A stretch of 64,000 nt of DNA from Octopus sinensis. Lineage: Eukaryota. The stretch covers positions 39,990,001 to 40,054,000 of the forward strand of contig NC_043007.1 of the NCBI RefSeq assembly GCF_006345805.1, in the 5' to 3' direction. Of the stretch, positions 37,964 through 52,660 are shown piece by piece. Each line of letters opens with the position of its first letter. The first letter of the stretch is position 1. The notes beneath the pieces are model-generated. The model made no database searches. It was not told the DNA's origin and saw only the letters and a list, made by a program, of their open reading frames with translations. Both the position numbers and the translations under genes were made by a program.

Positions 37964-39345
37964 ACACCTCTTCTTAAACATCCCACACAAGCACTTAATC
38001 AACAGCTGCTCGTATATTTCCTTTGTTTGTTTGTTTTTATTTTCTGTTTGCCTTTGTTTTTAGTTTGTTATTCTTTTTGTGTTTCGTAACCATTTTTTTT
38101 TTTTTCTTTTTGGTAAAACGGATCTGAAAGTTAAACGCCTTTATTTAGCATTAGCTTCACATTTTTCTCGTATTTTGCTTCAAAAGATTTTTTACTTTAT
38201 TAGATAATCACTGTAATTACACTGAACACTGTAAAAGACGGAGAGTATCAAAATGTCTCAAAGTGTGTGTATGTATGGTATGTGTGTGTGTAGATGGATG
38301 GATGGTGGTAAAATAGGGTGGGTAAGGTGCCGCGCGGTATGTTCTAATAGCTTGTGTAGTGGGTATATAAATATACGTATATATATATGTGTGTATATAT
38401 ATATATATTGTGTGTGGATATATATATATATATATATATATATACACCCTCTTCTTAACATCCACACACAAGCACTTAATCAACAGCTGCTCGTATATTT
38501 CCTTTGTTTGTTTGTTTTTATTTTCTGTTTGCCTTTGTTTTTAGTTTGTTATTCTTTTTGTGTTTCGTAACCATTTTTTTTTTTTTCTTTTTGGTAAAAC
38601 GGATCTGAAAGTTAAACGCCTTTATTTAGCATTAGCTTCACATTTTTCTCGTATTTTGCTTCAAAAGATTTTTTACTTTATTAGATAATCACTGTAATTA
38701 CACTGAACACTGTAAAAGACGGAGAGTATCAAAATGTCTCAAAGTGTGTGTATGTATGGTATGTGTGTGTGTAGATGGATGGATGGTGGTAAAATAGGGT
38801 GGGTAAGGTGCCGCGCGGTATGTTCTAATAGCTTGTGTAGTGGGTATATAAATATACGTATATATATATGTGTGTATATATATATATATTGTGTGTGGAT
38901 ATATATATATATATATATATATATACACCCTCTTCTTAACATCCACACACAAGCACTTAATCAACAGCTGCTCGTATATTTTCCTTTGTTTGTTTTGTTT
39001 TTATTTTCTGTTTGCCTTTGTTTTTAGTTTGTTATTCTTTTTGTTTTCGTAACCATTTTTTTTTTTTTTCTTTTTGGTAAAACGGATCTGAAAGTTAAAC
39101 GCCTTTATTTAGCATTAGCTTCACATTTCTTCTCGTATTTTGCTTCAAAAGATTTTTTACTTATTAAGATAATCACTGTAATTACACTGAACACTGTTAA
39201 AAGACGGGAGTATCAAAATGTCTCAAAGTGTGTGTATGTATGTGTATGTGTGTGTGTAGATGGATGGATGGTTGTAAAATAGGGTAAGGTGCGCGCGTGT
39301 ATGTTCTAATAGCTTGTGTAGTGGGTATATAATATACGTATATAA
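37964..39345. repeat. Tandem triplication of a unit of about 481 bp
   Basis: Units start at 37964, 38444 and 38925; identical ORFs 481 bp apart. Confidence 0.95.
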
Positions 39346-39347
39346 TA

Positions 39348-39385
<38 letters not shown>

Positions 39386-40688
39386 ATATATATTATATAT
39401 TATATATAATATATATACATACATATAATATATATATATCTATACATATATATAGAGAGAGAGAAGGAGAGAGACATACATATATACATATATATAATGT
39501 ATATATGTGTGTGTATGCGTCTGTAATTATGTGTATGTGTGTATGTGTGTAGATGCATATGTTTGTGTGTACATACACATATGCTTGTGCATATTTTGTA
39601 TATGGCGCGTGTATGTAATTGTGTATCTGAAGAGATGGATGAGGGTAGAACATAGCGCGTGGGGGTTGTATAGATTGAGTGCGTGTGTGTAAAATACTCT
39701 GTAGTGGGTAATAAATGTATGCATGGACGTAGGTATGTATGACTGCATGTATATATGCAAGTACGTAAGTATGCCATTATTCAGTTTTATTTCAAGATTT
39801 CTTGCCAATAGAGAAAGAGTTGGTTTCTAACCTAGATCCAAGGCTCCTTCATTGGAATTTCAACAACACCAGCTGGGTATTTTTGTATGTATATATGTAT
39901 GTATACACGTAGATTTGTATGTTTTGTTTTATGTATGTATTCTCATGCATATAGTTGCATGTCTAGACATGCATCTTAAGTGGGAAAACGTCTGGAAAGT
40001 TTTACAGATTTTTATAGTTCCAGTGATGGATTGGATTTGTACTCTTCAAATCAGCTTTTTCCATTCTGGTTTTGGGAACCCTTATTTCTCAAGATTGGTA
40101 TTTAAACAAAGTGTTACATATTTCAGTGCCCCAATAATTACAGATATAAACCTGAAGTTCTAATCTGAATAGAGTAGCCGTAGATTCCTCAATAGTTCAG
40201 CGTAGATATTTCCTTTGTGTATATATGTATCACATATGTGTATGTATGTATGTATGTATGTATGTATGTATGTATGTATGTATGTATGTATGTATGTATG
40301 TATGTATGTATGTATGTATGTATGTACATAATGCGTGACCGCGTGCGTATCGTTGGTGATTTTCTTTCTCCGTCTTCCCTTCCTTGGAAGTTTCCTTTTT
40401 TCTATATTTCTGACAAAGAGCTCTGTTCGAAACGTTAATTCCTTCTTTCTTTCCTTTCCTGAGTGTCCAATAACACTATACTTGTTCCACGTCCTCGCGT
40501 TGCTGTGTTTTCTCTTTGTTCATGTTTGGATTAACTATATGCATGTATGTATGTATGTATGTATGTATGCATGGCTGTATATGATTACGTGTATGTTGTT
40601 TGGTGTGTACGTGTACAATTATGTTTATAGGTGTATTTAGCAGAGATGTATACATAACAGAGTGTTAGTAAATGCTTTGTGTATGCGC

Positions 40689-40907
40689 GGAGGCGCTTGG
40701 CTTAGTGGTTACGGTGTTGGAATCATGATCGTAAGATTGTGGTTTCGATTCCTGGACTGGGCGATGCGTTGTGTTCTTGAGCAAAACACTTCATTTCACG
40801 TTGCTCCAATCCAGTCATCTAGCAAAAATGAATGATCCCGCGGCGGACTAGCGTCCCGTCCAGTTGGGAGAATATATACGCCATGAAACCGAGAAACTGG
40901 CCCTTAG
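40689..40907 (+). mobile_element. tRNA SINE family D (GGAGGCGCTTGGCTTAGTGG head)
   Basis: A/B boxes, TTGAGCAAAACAC core; related copies at 52120-52326(-) and 56890-57105(-). Confidence 0.8.
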
Positions 40908-41769
40908 GTGTCGGTAGGACTTGAAAAGATAACTTTACCTTTTACTTTGTGTGTGCATCATATTTTATGTACATATGTGGGTAATTGTGAGTGTGTATGC
41001 GCGCATCTTTGTGTAATGTATGTGTTTCATACAAAGGTATTTTCCCGTTACAAATACGTACATGTTTGAATGTGTTTTAGTACATTTGTGTTGTTGATGT
41101 TACTGTGTGCCCCTAGCCGAGGCCTTACTGAAATATTTATCATCAAATGGGTTCCAGACATGACTTCTATGCTTTATTTTTTATTGACATTAATTCATCG
41201 ACTTTATTATTAAATGTCCCATTCTCTTTGTGACGATAGGGATTGATATGGGAAAGGTTTGGCTGCTATTTCTTGGGGAGCAGTCGACCATATAGAGGCT
41301 CTGTCGTTGATTCGGTTTAATGTGTGCATGTGTGCGAGTGTGTGTTAATTAAGGCTGAGTGTGCATGGATACATACTGGTATATATGTTTGTATATGTTG
41401 TGTAATGTATAATGTGTTTTCTATTGATACGTGTATGTGTGCTCATGTTATAATGCCTGTGTGTGTGTGTGTATGTGTTATACAATGGTTTCAAATTTTG
41501 GCACAGAATCACCAGCAGTTTTTCTGGGGCAGAGGGACAAGTTGATTACATCGATCCCCTCTCCTGTATTTGATTGGTGCTTATTTTATTGCACCTCGAG
41601 AGGATGAAAGGCAAATTCAGCCTCGGCTGAACTTGAACTCAGAACGTAAAGACGACCAAATTGCCGCTAAGAATTTTATCCGGCGCGCTAACGATCTTGC
41701 CAGCTTACTGCCTTATACGTGTGCTATATTACGAAGTGTGTTGTATGTCTATCAATAATTTAATATAAA

Positions 41770-41990
41770 AATGTGTGAATGAAGGAGTCAAACCCTGCTG
41801 CCTAACATATGGCCTTCCAGCAGTAACCCTCTCCAGCCAGGGATTTACCACAGTCTCCAGCAGCTCCACAATGCCGTCTGAATTGAACCTAAGGCCCTGT
41901 TCAAAGAAGTGGGGCAGCATGACTTCCTCCTCAATGGAGACTCACCCAAAGGCCCTCACAGTGTGGAAGAACTTGGGTTTCATGATATCC
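41770..41990 (-). mobile_element. DD37D (maT) transposase fragment
   Basis: LPHFFEQGLRFNSDG...PWLERVTAGRPYVRQQ, similar to 17193-17400. Confidence 0.8.
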
Positions 41991-42254
41991 AAATTACGTC
42001 AAACAGCTTTTACAGGTTCACTGACCTTTGAGTAGCGGTCATGATGCCGGCATTTCGATACCCGACGTGAATCATCTTATTACAGATAACACTTTTCCAA
42101 TATGAAGATGGCATCTGATCCTCCATGTCAGCTAACGTTTCTGTACAACTTTAATCTTTATGCTCTCCAACGCCGTTGACTGTTCACCAATATTTCAAGT
42201 TGCTCCTAAAAAAAAGGAGACATAAAATATCGTCAAATTTAGCTCGAACACACA

Positions 42255-42285
<31 letters not shown>

Positions 42286-42945
42286 TGTATGTATGTATGT
42301 TGTATGTATGCACTTACGAAAGTATGTACGTATGTATATATGCCTGTAAGTACGAACGTACGAATGTATGTATTTATGTATGTATTTGTGTGTGTATGTA
42401 TGCATATGCATGCATCTATGTATATATGTTTGTATAAATGTACGTACGTATGTAGGTATTTTTGTATGTATGCACGTACGTACGTATGTACGTATGTATG
42501 CATGTGTAAGTATGCATATGTATGTGTATGTGTGCGCTATGCACATGTATGTATGTATGCATGTATGTATGTATGTATGTATGTATGTATGTATGTATGT
42601 TTGTATGTATGTATGTATGTATGTATGTATGTATGTATGTATGTATGTATGTATGTATGCGTTTATGTAAATATGTGCGTATATGTGCAAATAGCTTAAT
42701 CATACGTTGATTGCGATATAATTTCTGTAATTCTTGAACTTTCTCAAGTGACCTACACCAAGGTCTTTAGGCAGTTCCGTTGTTTCCTTCGAAGGAATCT
42801 GTGTTATTACAAGACAAGTAATTATTCCTTTGTAGAACAAGACACGAGAAGAAAATTGGTCTTGTGTTTTCTACGTGATTATATAATCGTCTTTAAACTG
42901 AACTATATACCTATATGTTGTATGTGTTTGAGTGTGTGTGTGTGC

Positions 42946-42976
<31 letters not shown>

Positions 42977-43185
42977 CCTGTGTGTACGTGCGGGTGTGCG
43001 TGTGTGTGTGTGTGTGTATGGTTGTATGTATGTGCTTGTGTGTTATGCATGCAAGTGTGTTACGTTTGGATATGTGTGTGTATGTATCAATGCAGCCATG
43101 TATGTGAATATCAGCCATTAACTTACTAACTTATTTTTCAAGTTGATGCAGATTTACAATGAACTTGCAACTTTATACACTATGT

Positions 43186-43285
43186 NNNNNNNNNNNNNNN
43201 NNNNNNNNNNNNNNNNNNNNNNNNNNNNNNNNNNNNNNNNNNNNNNNNNNNNNNNNNNNNNNNNNNNNNNNNNNNNNNNNNNNNN
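43186..43285. other. Assembly gap (100 N)
   Basis: Run of N. Confidence 1.
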
Positions 43286-43482
43286 CAAACAACGCGCGCG
43301 CGCGCAGACACACACACACAGAATTACACACACACACACAAATATACAAACACACATATACACACGCATGCATGCTCACACTTGCTAACACATTGTATTC
43401 CGTACGTTAACGTATCACACCACACCACACTATTTCATATAAGCACACAAAATACACACACGCACGTACGCACACGTATCTA

Positions 43483-43571
<89 letters not shown>

Positions 43572-43632
43572 GTCTGTCTGTCTGTCTGTCTCTGTCTATC
43601 TATAATATATACATACACATGCGTGCATATAT

Positions 43633-43679
<47 letters not shown>

Positions 43680-44418
43680 TACATACACATGCGTGTATAT
43701 GCACATACACATAATATACATTATATGTGTGTAACAGACATATACATATATGTACATATACCTACACACATTTTCTCTCTCTCTTTCCCTCACGCACACT
43801 CGTATTATACTAAAACGTATATATAATGGTAATATAATACACACACACACACATTATATATATATATATATATCTATGTATACATCTGTACATGTCCGTG
43901 AAATTCTTAAATTCTCTAAATTATTCTACCCACCCCACCTTTTTTTTTTACTACAGTCCGTAACAAGTGTCACTAAATTATTTTGTTTTCTTCCTCTCAT
44001 CAAAAAGGTAAATGCCACTTCATTAAGAATTGTTTAACGGTACATCTTTCAATACATCAACCATCTAACCGATTCACACGCGCATACACACACACATATA
44101 CACACACACATACGCACACACCACACACACATAAACACACACGTTATAACCCCCCCCCCCCCCCCCCAACAACATCTTATATTACACACAAAACGACCAA
44201 AGCATCTTTAAAGTTTACTGTAGAACACTGTACTATATAATACACTACACAACACTTAGTTTACGGTAGCTTTGCAGGCCCCACTTTATCGCGTTATACC
44301 ACACTATATATACCAGAATATCTCACAATATGGTACATATAGCACCCTAAAGCGTATTGTACGACACTATATAACGATATAAACACACTACACTGCACTA
44401 TATATATATATATATATA

Positions 44419-44464
<46 letters not shown>

Positions 44465-44579
44465 ACCCAGACTACGCCTTACATTTACATACAACACATT
44501 CCATACTGTACTATACAAACACATTCATACATCCATCCATACATACATACTGACAGAGAGACAGACAAATAGATAGATT

Positions 44580-44610
<31 letters not shown>

Positions 44611-45397
44611 TCCCAGACTGTACCATTCTATACTGCTGCATATATCACATTTTATACTGTTCTATACAATATATAAAAAATATATCACAGACCACTATAC
44701 TATATGCTATATTAACTTGAAAAGCACAACACTATATAATACAGCAATTTACTACATAGTATTGTGTGTGTGTATATATATATATATATACTATACTATA
44801 CTATACCTATACTATACTCATTCTACATCACTATAAGATAACACACTAGGCCAAACTATAATATCATTATAGTATAACTATATTTCACCACACTGCAGCA
44901 TATATTCATGTAGTTCACACCAAACTGCATGCAGTACTACGATTTATAACACCACCTCCACCATCACCACCGCCGCAATAACTCTACACCGCATTATCGA
45001 ACCAAAAACTCTACCAAGCCCTACACTGCGGTGTCTCGACATGGTCGCATCACCCACAAGAAATAACAGTCAAATTCCCTTCGTGCAGAGAGCGATGCAA
45101 GCATACATTGAACAATGCAGCCTCCCTCTCCTGTTAAAACAAAATTAATGATAAAAAAAATAAATAAATAAATGAATAGATAAATAAATAAATAAAAGGC
45201 GGTATCGTCCGTTCATGGCTAGATAGAACGCCTCGGATCATATAAAGTGTACCCGATTAAGGCAGACCCAGGGTTTAAAAACTCCCTCGATTACAGCAAC
45301 GACACGTTGGTCTGTTAACACGTTTTATATCACAATAAGATTAGACTGCACCACTCCACAAAACTCTCGCTAAATCACAACAACAAACAACACAAAT

Positions 45398-45431
<34 letters not shown>

Positions 45432-45879
45432 GTTAACACCATTGCGTGAAATCAATAACAAAACGACGAAAACACGACCACTAAGGCGACACTTTACACT
45501 TAGCCATCACACACCACAAGTCGCTGCAGTACGCTACATCATGTAATATAGAAATGCTATACCACTGATCACTACACTACACTACACTACGCTATACTAT
45601 ACTATACTATACTACGCCTCACTATATCACACTACAGTGCACTTTGTCCCCCCCAGTATTGCTAAAGTGTACTGTACTGTTCTGTACTGTGGCAATTACA
45701 CACGACGCAAGTCAATGAGGGGGTGACTGTAGGATATATATATATAAATGTATATATGTAGATATATGGTTGTTGATTGAACCTGCTAGAAAGACCAGCC
45801 AAATCTCCCTCAAATGTCATACCCTACCTTCTGATGTACGAACACATTGGATAAGATAATGTAGCCCTTGAAAGAGGCG

Positions 45880-45890
45880 CGAGTACACAA

Positions 45891-45921
<31 letters not shown>

Positions 45922-48290
45922 ACACACACAAACAGGCCCGCACACGCACACACATACATACATTCATATATACATACATATAAACACTCACGCACACACA
46001 CATATATATACATATATATATATGTACATACATATATACATACATATATACATACACATATATGTAAACATTTAATATAGACAGTATTTAAATTCACGCT
46101 AGAGAGAAAGAGAGAGAGTGTATGTATATATGGGTATATATGTATTAAAGATGATGTAGTCGTGGCTGGAACGCCTTGATCATAAAGTTACTTCTCTGGG
46201 TGGGGTTGACCCAGGGCTAAACAGCAACAACAAAGTGCACACACCAGTTACAATCACATTTATAAATACACACGCACACACACACACATAAACAGACAGT
46301 GCATTGCCCGATTGTAGTAGTAGTAGCAGTAGTAGTAGTAGTAGTAGTAGTTGTAGTAGTTCCAACTGCTGCTGCTACTTGCTTTTGTTGTTGCCATTTG
46401 CTGTAAGCGTTGTCACATTTGTTGTTGTAGTAGTAGTAGTGGTAGTGGTAGTAGTAGTGGTAGTAGTAGTAGTAGTGGTAGTGGTAGTAGTAGTAGTGGA
46501 GGTGGCGGTATATAAGTGGTGGTGGTGGGTGGTATGGTGTTGTGTTGCTGACGGAGGGGGGCGGCGGGAGCGATGTCGGTGGCGGTGGTGGTGGTGGGTG
46601 GGGGAGGATGTGGTGGGTGTTCTGGTGGTATAGGTGGGAGTTGGTGTCGTCTTGTTTGATAAGCATCAAGTGGGAGATTCAATTACGGCGACTATTTTAA
46701 GTGAAGAAGACGAGACGAAGAAGAAGAAGAAGAAGAAAAAAAGAAAGAAGAAGAAGAAAAAGAAAAGGAAGAAGAAGAAGAGTGACATCAACAGCAACAA
46801 CAACAACAAAGGAAGTTACGAGAAACGAATATATACGGAAGGATAGAAAGATAAGACGGAAGGAGAGAAAGATAAATAAAGAAAGAAGAGAAAGAAAGAA
46901 ATAAAGAAAAGAAGAAGAAGAAACACGGAATAAGGCTACATTTACTTTAAAACATTTTAAAGGTAGGCTACTTGGTTGATGTGTTGTCATGGATGTTGTT
47001 CTCGTAGTTGATGCTATGACAAATTTTTTACCGCCTGGTTTATGTCTCAAATCGAGCAGACCCCCCTTTTAAAAGCCCCGTTCCAGTCGATCCGTGTGAC
47101 AATCACACACACACACACACTCACACACACACAACGCACACACACACACACGCACACAACACCACAAACAGGCCCGCACACGCACACACATACATACATT
47201 CATATATACATACATATAAACACTCACGCACACACACATATATATACATATATATATATGTACATACATATATACATACATATATACATACACATATATG
47301 TAAACATTTAATATAGACAGTATTTAAATTCACGCTAGAGAGAAAGAGAGAGAGTGTATGTATATATGGGTATATATGTATTAAAGATGATGTAGTCGTG
47401 GCTGGAACGCCTTGATCATAAAGTTACTTCTCTGGGTGGGGTTGACCCAGGGCTAAACAGCAACAACAAAGTGCACACACCAGTTACAATCACATTTATA
47501 AATACACACGCACACACACACACACACACACACATAAACAGACAGTGCATTGCCCGATTGTAGTAGTAGTAGCAGTAGTAGTAGTAGTAGTAGTAGTTGT
47601 AGTAGTTCCAACTGCTGCTGCTACTTGCTTTTGTTGTTGCCATTTGCTGTAAGCGTTGTCACATTTGTTGTTGTAGTAGTAGTAGTGGTAGTGGTAGTAG
47701 TAGTGGTAGTAGTAGTAGTAGTGGTAGTGGTAGTAGTAGTAGTGGAGGTGGCGGTATAAGTGGTGGTGGTGGTGGTAGTGGTGTTAGTGTTGCTGACGGA
47801 GGTGGCGGCGGGAGCGATGTCGGTGGCGGTGGTGGTGGTGGTGGGAGTTGGTGTCGTCTCTGTTTGATAAGCATCAACGTGGGAGATTCGATTACGGCGA
47901 CTATTTTAAGTGAAGAAGACGAGGAAGAAGAAGAAGAAGAAGAAAAGGAAGAAGAAGAAAAAGAAAAGGAAGAAGAAGAAGAGTGACATCAACAGCAACA
48001 ACAACAACAAAGGAAGTTACGGGAGGAGAACGAATATATACGGAAGGAGAAAAGATAAAGAGGAAGGAAATTATTGAAAGAAAGAAATAAAAAGAAGAAA
48101 CACGGAATAAGGCTACATTTAAAACATTTTAAAGGTAGGCTAATTGTTGTTGATGTTGTTGTCATGGATGTTGTTCTCGTAGTTGATGCTATGACAATTT
48201 TTACCGCCTGGTTTATGTCTCAAATCGAGCAGACCTCCCTTTTAAAAGCCCCGTTCCAGTCGATCCGTGTGACAATCACACACACGCACA
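45880..48290. repeat. Tandem duplication of about 1.2 kb of microsatellite-rich sequence
   Basis: Shared unique anchors at 46180/47416 and 47030/48205; indel-rich differences. Confidence 0.9.
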
Positions 48291-48302
48291 CACTCTCTCA
48301 CA

Positions 48303-48345
<43 letters not shown>

Positions 48346-48418
48346 CACACAGATATACATATATGTGATATTGTGTATGTGTGTGGGGTTTGTCTTCCGT
48401 ATTTTCTAAGGCTTGAGA

Positions 48419-49140
48419 ACGCGATTTGAAGAGTCTGCTGCTATTTCTAGCTGGTCATCTTTGATATTGTGCTCTTGTTATTTGGCCCTAGGTCAGCCAT
48501 GATCGAACAGACCTTTGATCAAAAGTATCCCAGCCATACCAATCCACTCTTGTCTGTCCCTCACATAAGACGGTGGCGATGCGATTTGAGTGAGATTTGG
48601 TTGTTATTTCTAGCAGGTCGTATAATTATTTAGTCCCAAGTCAGCCGTGATCGAAATAGACCTATGGTCAAAGGTATGCCAGCCCAGCCATGGCCATCCA
48701 CTTTTGTTTTTTGAGGAGATTTAGCGGCTATTTCTAGCAGATCGTAATTTTGTCGTTGTTGTTGTTGTTCAATGGTCATTATTCAGCCCCAGGTCAACCG
48801 TGACCGAACAGACCTATGATCAGAGGTATCCCAACCGTAGCCATCCAGTCTTGTCTGTCAGTTGGTATAATCTGAGGAAGATTTCGTTGCTATTTCTAGC
48901 AGGTCGTATAATTGCTGTTCTTGTATTATTATCATCGAGCCTTTAGATCTGCCGTAATCGAAAGACCTATGATCAAAAGGCCTTCCAACCGTGTCCATCC
49001 CTTTCTTTTTAGAGGAACCAAATCTAGGACTACCATTATCCTATGTATCCTGTCCTGTCTTTTTTTTACACTTAAGACGATAGCGGTGTGATTCGAGGGA
49101 AGCTTGGTCACTATTTCTAGCTGATCGAGCAACCATGTAC
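48419..49140. repeat. About 5 degenerate tandem units of about 150 bp built from two retroposon 3'-end modules
   Basis: GCTATTTCTAGCAGGTCG and CCCAGGTCAGCC...GACCTATGATCAAAGG recur in register. Confidence 0.75.
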
Positions 49141-49414
49141 AGGTTCGCTTGCTTTGTTACTGCTGTTGTTGTTGTTGTTGGTGGTGGTGGTGTTGGTGGT
49201 GCAGTGTTGTCGCTGGTTGTTGCTGTGGCGCTACAGCAGCTTCTTTTGCTGCTGCTGTGGCTGCTGCTACTGATGTCGTGCTTGTTATTGTCGCGCTATT
49301 TGCTGTTGTTGTCCGTTGTTGTCAATGTGATAGTAGTAGTAGATGTAGTAGTAGTTGTAGTAGTAGTAGTAGTAGTAGTAGTAACAGCAGCCGCAATAAT
49401 TACTGTTGCTATTT

Positions 49415-49586
49415 TAGCGTTACGTTCTGGGTTCAAACACCGCCGAGGTCGACTTTGCCTTTCATCCTTTCGGGGTCGATAAATAAAGTACCAGTTGCGC
49501 ACTGGGGTCGATGTAATCGACTTAATCCCTTTGTCTGTCTTTGTTTGTCCCCTCTATGTTTAGCCCCTTGTGGGCAATAAAGAAAT
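49415..49586 (+). mobile_element. SINE family B, 5'-truncated
   Basis: Family match. Confidence 0.85.
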
Positions 49587-49861
49587 ATATTTTAGTTAGC
49601 CCCAGGTCAGCCCTGACCGAGCACACAGACCTATGACAAAACATTTGAATCGTGACCACTCTTGTTTCGTTCGTTTATTTAGGGCCTTTCTTTATTATTT
49701 TTTAGCTCTTGTTATTGTTTCTGATAGATTCTCTAGGCCTAGCTTCTCCCAGGCGTTCTTTTTCATGTATGTACGATATTATGGTATAATTTTGGGGGGA
49801 GATTAGGGTATTATTTCTAGCAGATATTGTGACCACTTAAAAAAAAATTACCAAAAAGGTT

Positions 49862-50070
49862 TTGGTGATCTTTCGTCTCTAGTAGACCTTTCCGTCGATT
49901 TCCGTAAAATTTTTTTTTTTTTACATATGGGCTTGCGGGAACTTTTGAAGTAATATACATACATATACACATACACCGAGTAAAAAATTTCAGTTATCTC
50001 TTTCTTTCACACACACTAACAGAAGCACTTCACTTACACAACATACTGTCTGTCTCCCACACCCCATCAA

Positions 50071-50146
<76 letters not shown>

Positions 50147-50323
50147 CCATCAATGCTTCCCCTGGACGGTAACTTCAAAAGAACTTACCTCGTCATACAA
50201 TCGCTTTCTCTTAGTCTCTTTCGCTCTCATTACTTCAAAAGTTCCCGCAAGCCCATATGTAAAAAAAAAAAAATTTTTTACGGAAATCGACGGAAAGGTC
50301 TACTAGAGACGAAAGATTGCCAA
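49862..50323. mobile_element. MITE with TIRs of about 90 bp and internal (CA)n; superfamily unassigned
   Basis: ATCTTTCGTCTCTAGTAGACCTTTCCGTCGATTTCCGTAAAA...GAACTTTTGAAGTAAT inverted at both ends; possible GGTT TSD. Confidence 0.85.
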
Positions 50324-50910
50324 GGTTTTCAATGATGGCTCATGTTGCTGTAGCTGTTTTACAGCACTATTGCTTCTGTTGTCATTGCGTTGTTCATTTG
50401 CTTATAGCTAATTGTTGGTATTGTCCTTGTTTGTCCCCTCTGTGTTTAGCCCCTTGTGGGTAGTAAAGAAATAGGTATTATTGTGGTGTGATAACGACAT
50501 CAACAACAAAAATAATGATCGCTTCTGATTTATGCACCGTGATTTGAGCCCAGAATGTAAAGAGCCGAGCCGGAAGAAATGCCACCCAGACATTTTATCC
50601 GTTACTAACACGCCAAACCTATCACGATTTTTTTTTTGTACAAGCCCAGCAGTTTTTAGAGGGAATGGGGTTAATCGATACCATCAATAAAGTACTTGAA
50701 TGCTACTTTATTTTATTGACCCTGGTGGGGACAAAAGAAAAAGCTGGTCTTGGCGAAATCTGAACACAGAACGTAGAGAGGGTAAATTCTCACTGTTTCG
50801 CCCGTTTCCAAACTCTGAAAGGTGGATTTTCGAAATAGCTAATCACTGCCTCATAGAGAAGAAATTGATGTTTTGTTTCTTTGTGTGATAGTATATCTTT
50901 AGCTTTTTTT

Positions 50911-51333
50911 TTTATCTTTTACATGTTTCAGTCATTGGACTGCGGCCATGCTGGAGCACCGCATTGTAGAACTTTTAGTCGAATGAATCGGCCCCAGTAT
51001 TTGATTTTCTTTGCTTTATGTTTTTTTTTATCAGCCTGGTACTTATTTCATCGGTGTCTTTTACCGAACTGCTAATTTACAGGGATGTAAACACACAAAC
51101 ACCGGTTGCCAAGCGGCGGTAGGGGACAAACACACACACATACACACATATATATAAGTATATATATATACGACGAGCTTCTTTCAGTTTCCTTCAATCA
51201 AATCCTCGCATAAGGCTTTAATCGGCGCGAGGCTATAGTACAAGACACTAACCGAAGGTGCCACACAGTGGGACTGAACCCGGAACCATGTGGTTGGGAA
51301 CTAAGCTTCTCACCACACAACCATTCCTGCGCC
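50911..51333 (-). mobile_element. SINE family A
   Basis: Reverse-complement match. Confidence 0.82.
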
Positions 51334-51860
51334 TATTTTGTCCATTAACGAAAAAAAAAGAACACTTCTTTACATTTTTACCTCCCCCACCATTACTATT
51401 TCATATCCTTTACGATATATTTTTACTCTTACTCCCGTCTTGAGAGACAGGTTGCAATAGAGAAACTCACCGTTAAGAGGCAGAAGCGAATACCACAAGG
51501 CACTTTGTCCAGAACGGACGATTCTGAGATGCAAGGCCACGTATTTTTAAGAATGGACAAGGGACATTAGACAGTGGTGCCTACAAAGAGTTTAAATCGG
51601 GGAGCACAATTTTAGTACCAGGGGTGAATTGTTAGTATATAATAAACCGCGTGTGTACATATATGTATGTATGTGATTTATTTCACTAAAATGTGTATGT
51701 GTATGTCTGTCTGTGTATGTGCGCGTGCATATAATTACAGCTACATACGTACAGACACACACACACATATATATGTACATGAATATGTATGAATGCATAC
51801 ACATACATACAAATACACACAGAGACAGATAGACGGACGGGCAGGCGGACGGACAGACAA

Positions 51861-51910
<50 letters not shown>

Positions 51911-51979
51911 GGATGGATGGATGGATGGATGGATGGATGGATGGATGGGTAGGTAGAGAGATAGACAGATAAATAGATG

Positions 51980-52048
<69 letters not shown>

Positions 52049-52430
52049 GTTTCCCTGTATCGACCGCTGGTCACAATGCGCTGAGCATTGTTTCAACTTT
52101 CGAATGATGCACCGCCATCGCTGGCTAGGCAGACAGGCCAATATTCCCTGCCACGAACCGAATACCAGTCCGTGGCAGGGCTGTTCATTTACCAATGAGT
52201 AAACTTGTACCAACACAAAATGAATTGTTTTGCTCAAGAATGCAACGCTTCATCCAGTCTGGGAATTGATACCACGATCTCGCGATCCATGAATGCAATA
52301 CCATAACCACTGGGCCACGTGCCTTCACACTACACACTTATACATACACACACGCACACACATGTATATACGTATGTGTGTCTGTATATATACATATACA
52401 TACACACACACACACATATGTATATATATA

Positions 52431-52488
<58 letters not shown>

Positions 52489-52506
52489 TATTTATTATAT
52501 AGAAGG

Positions 52507-52557
52507 AGCTTCTACAGGACTAGAACTGTTTCATTCAAGAGAAATCTTCAGGAAGCT
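52507..52557 (-). ncRNA. Type I hammerhead ribozyme motif (mirror copy)
   Basis: Exact reverse complement of 52610-52660. Confidence 0.55.
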
Positions 52558-52609
52558 AGTTAACAAGAATTGTATTGGCATTTATACATATATACAATTC
52601 TTGTTAACT

Positions 52610-52660
52610 AGCTTCCTGAAGATTTCTCTTGAATGAAACAGTTCTAGTCCTGTAGAAGCT
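52610..52660 (+). ncRNA. Type I hammerhead ribozyme motif
   Basis: AGCTTC-CTGAAGA-TTTCTCTTGAAT-GAA-ACAG(ttctagtc)CTGT-A-GAAGCT; 6-bp stem I, 4-bp stem III, GUA site; U-U mismatch at 10.1/11.1. Confidence 0.55.
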
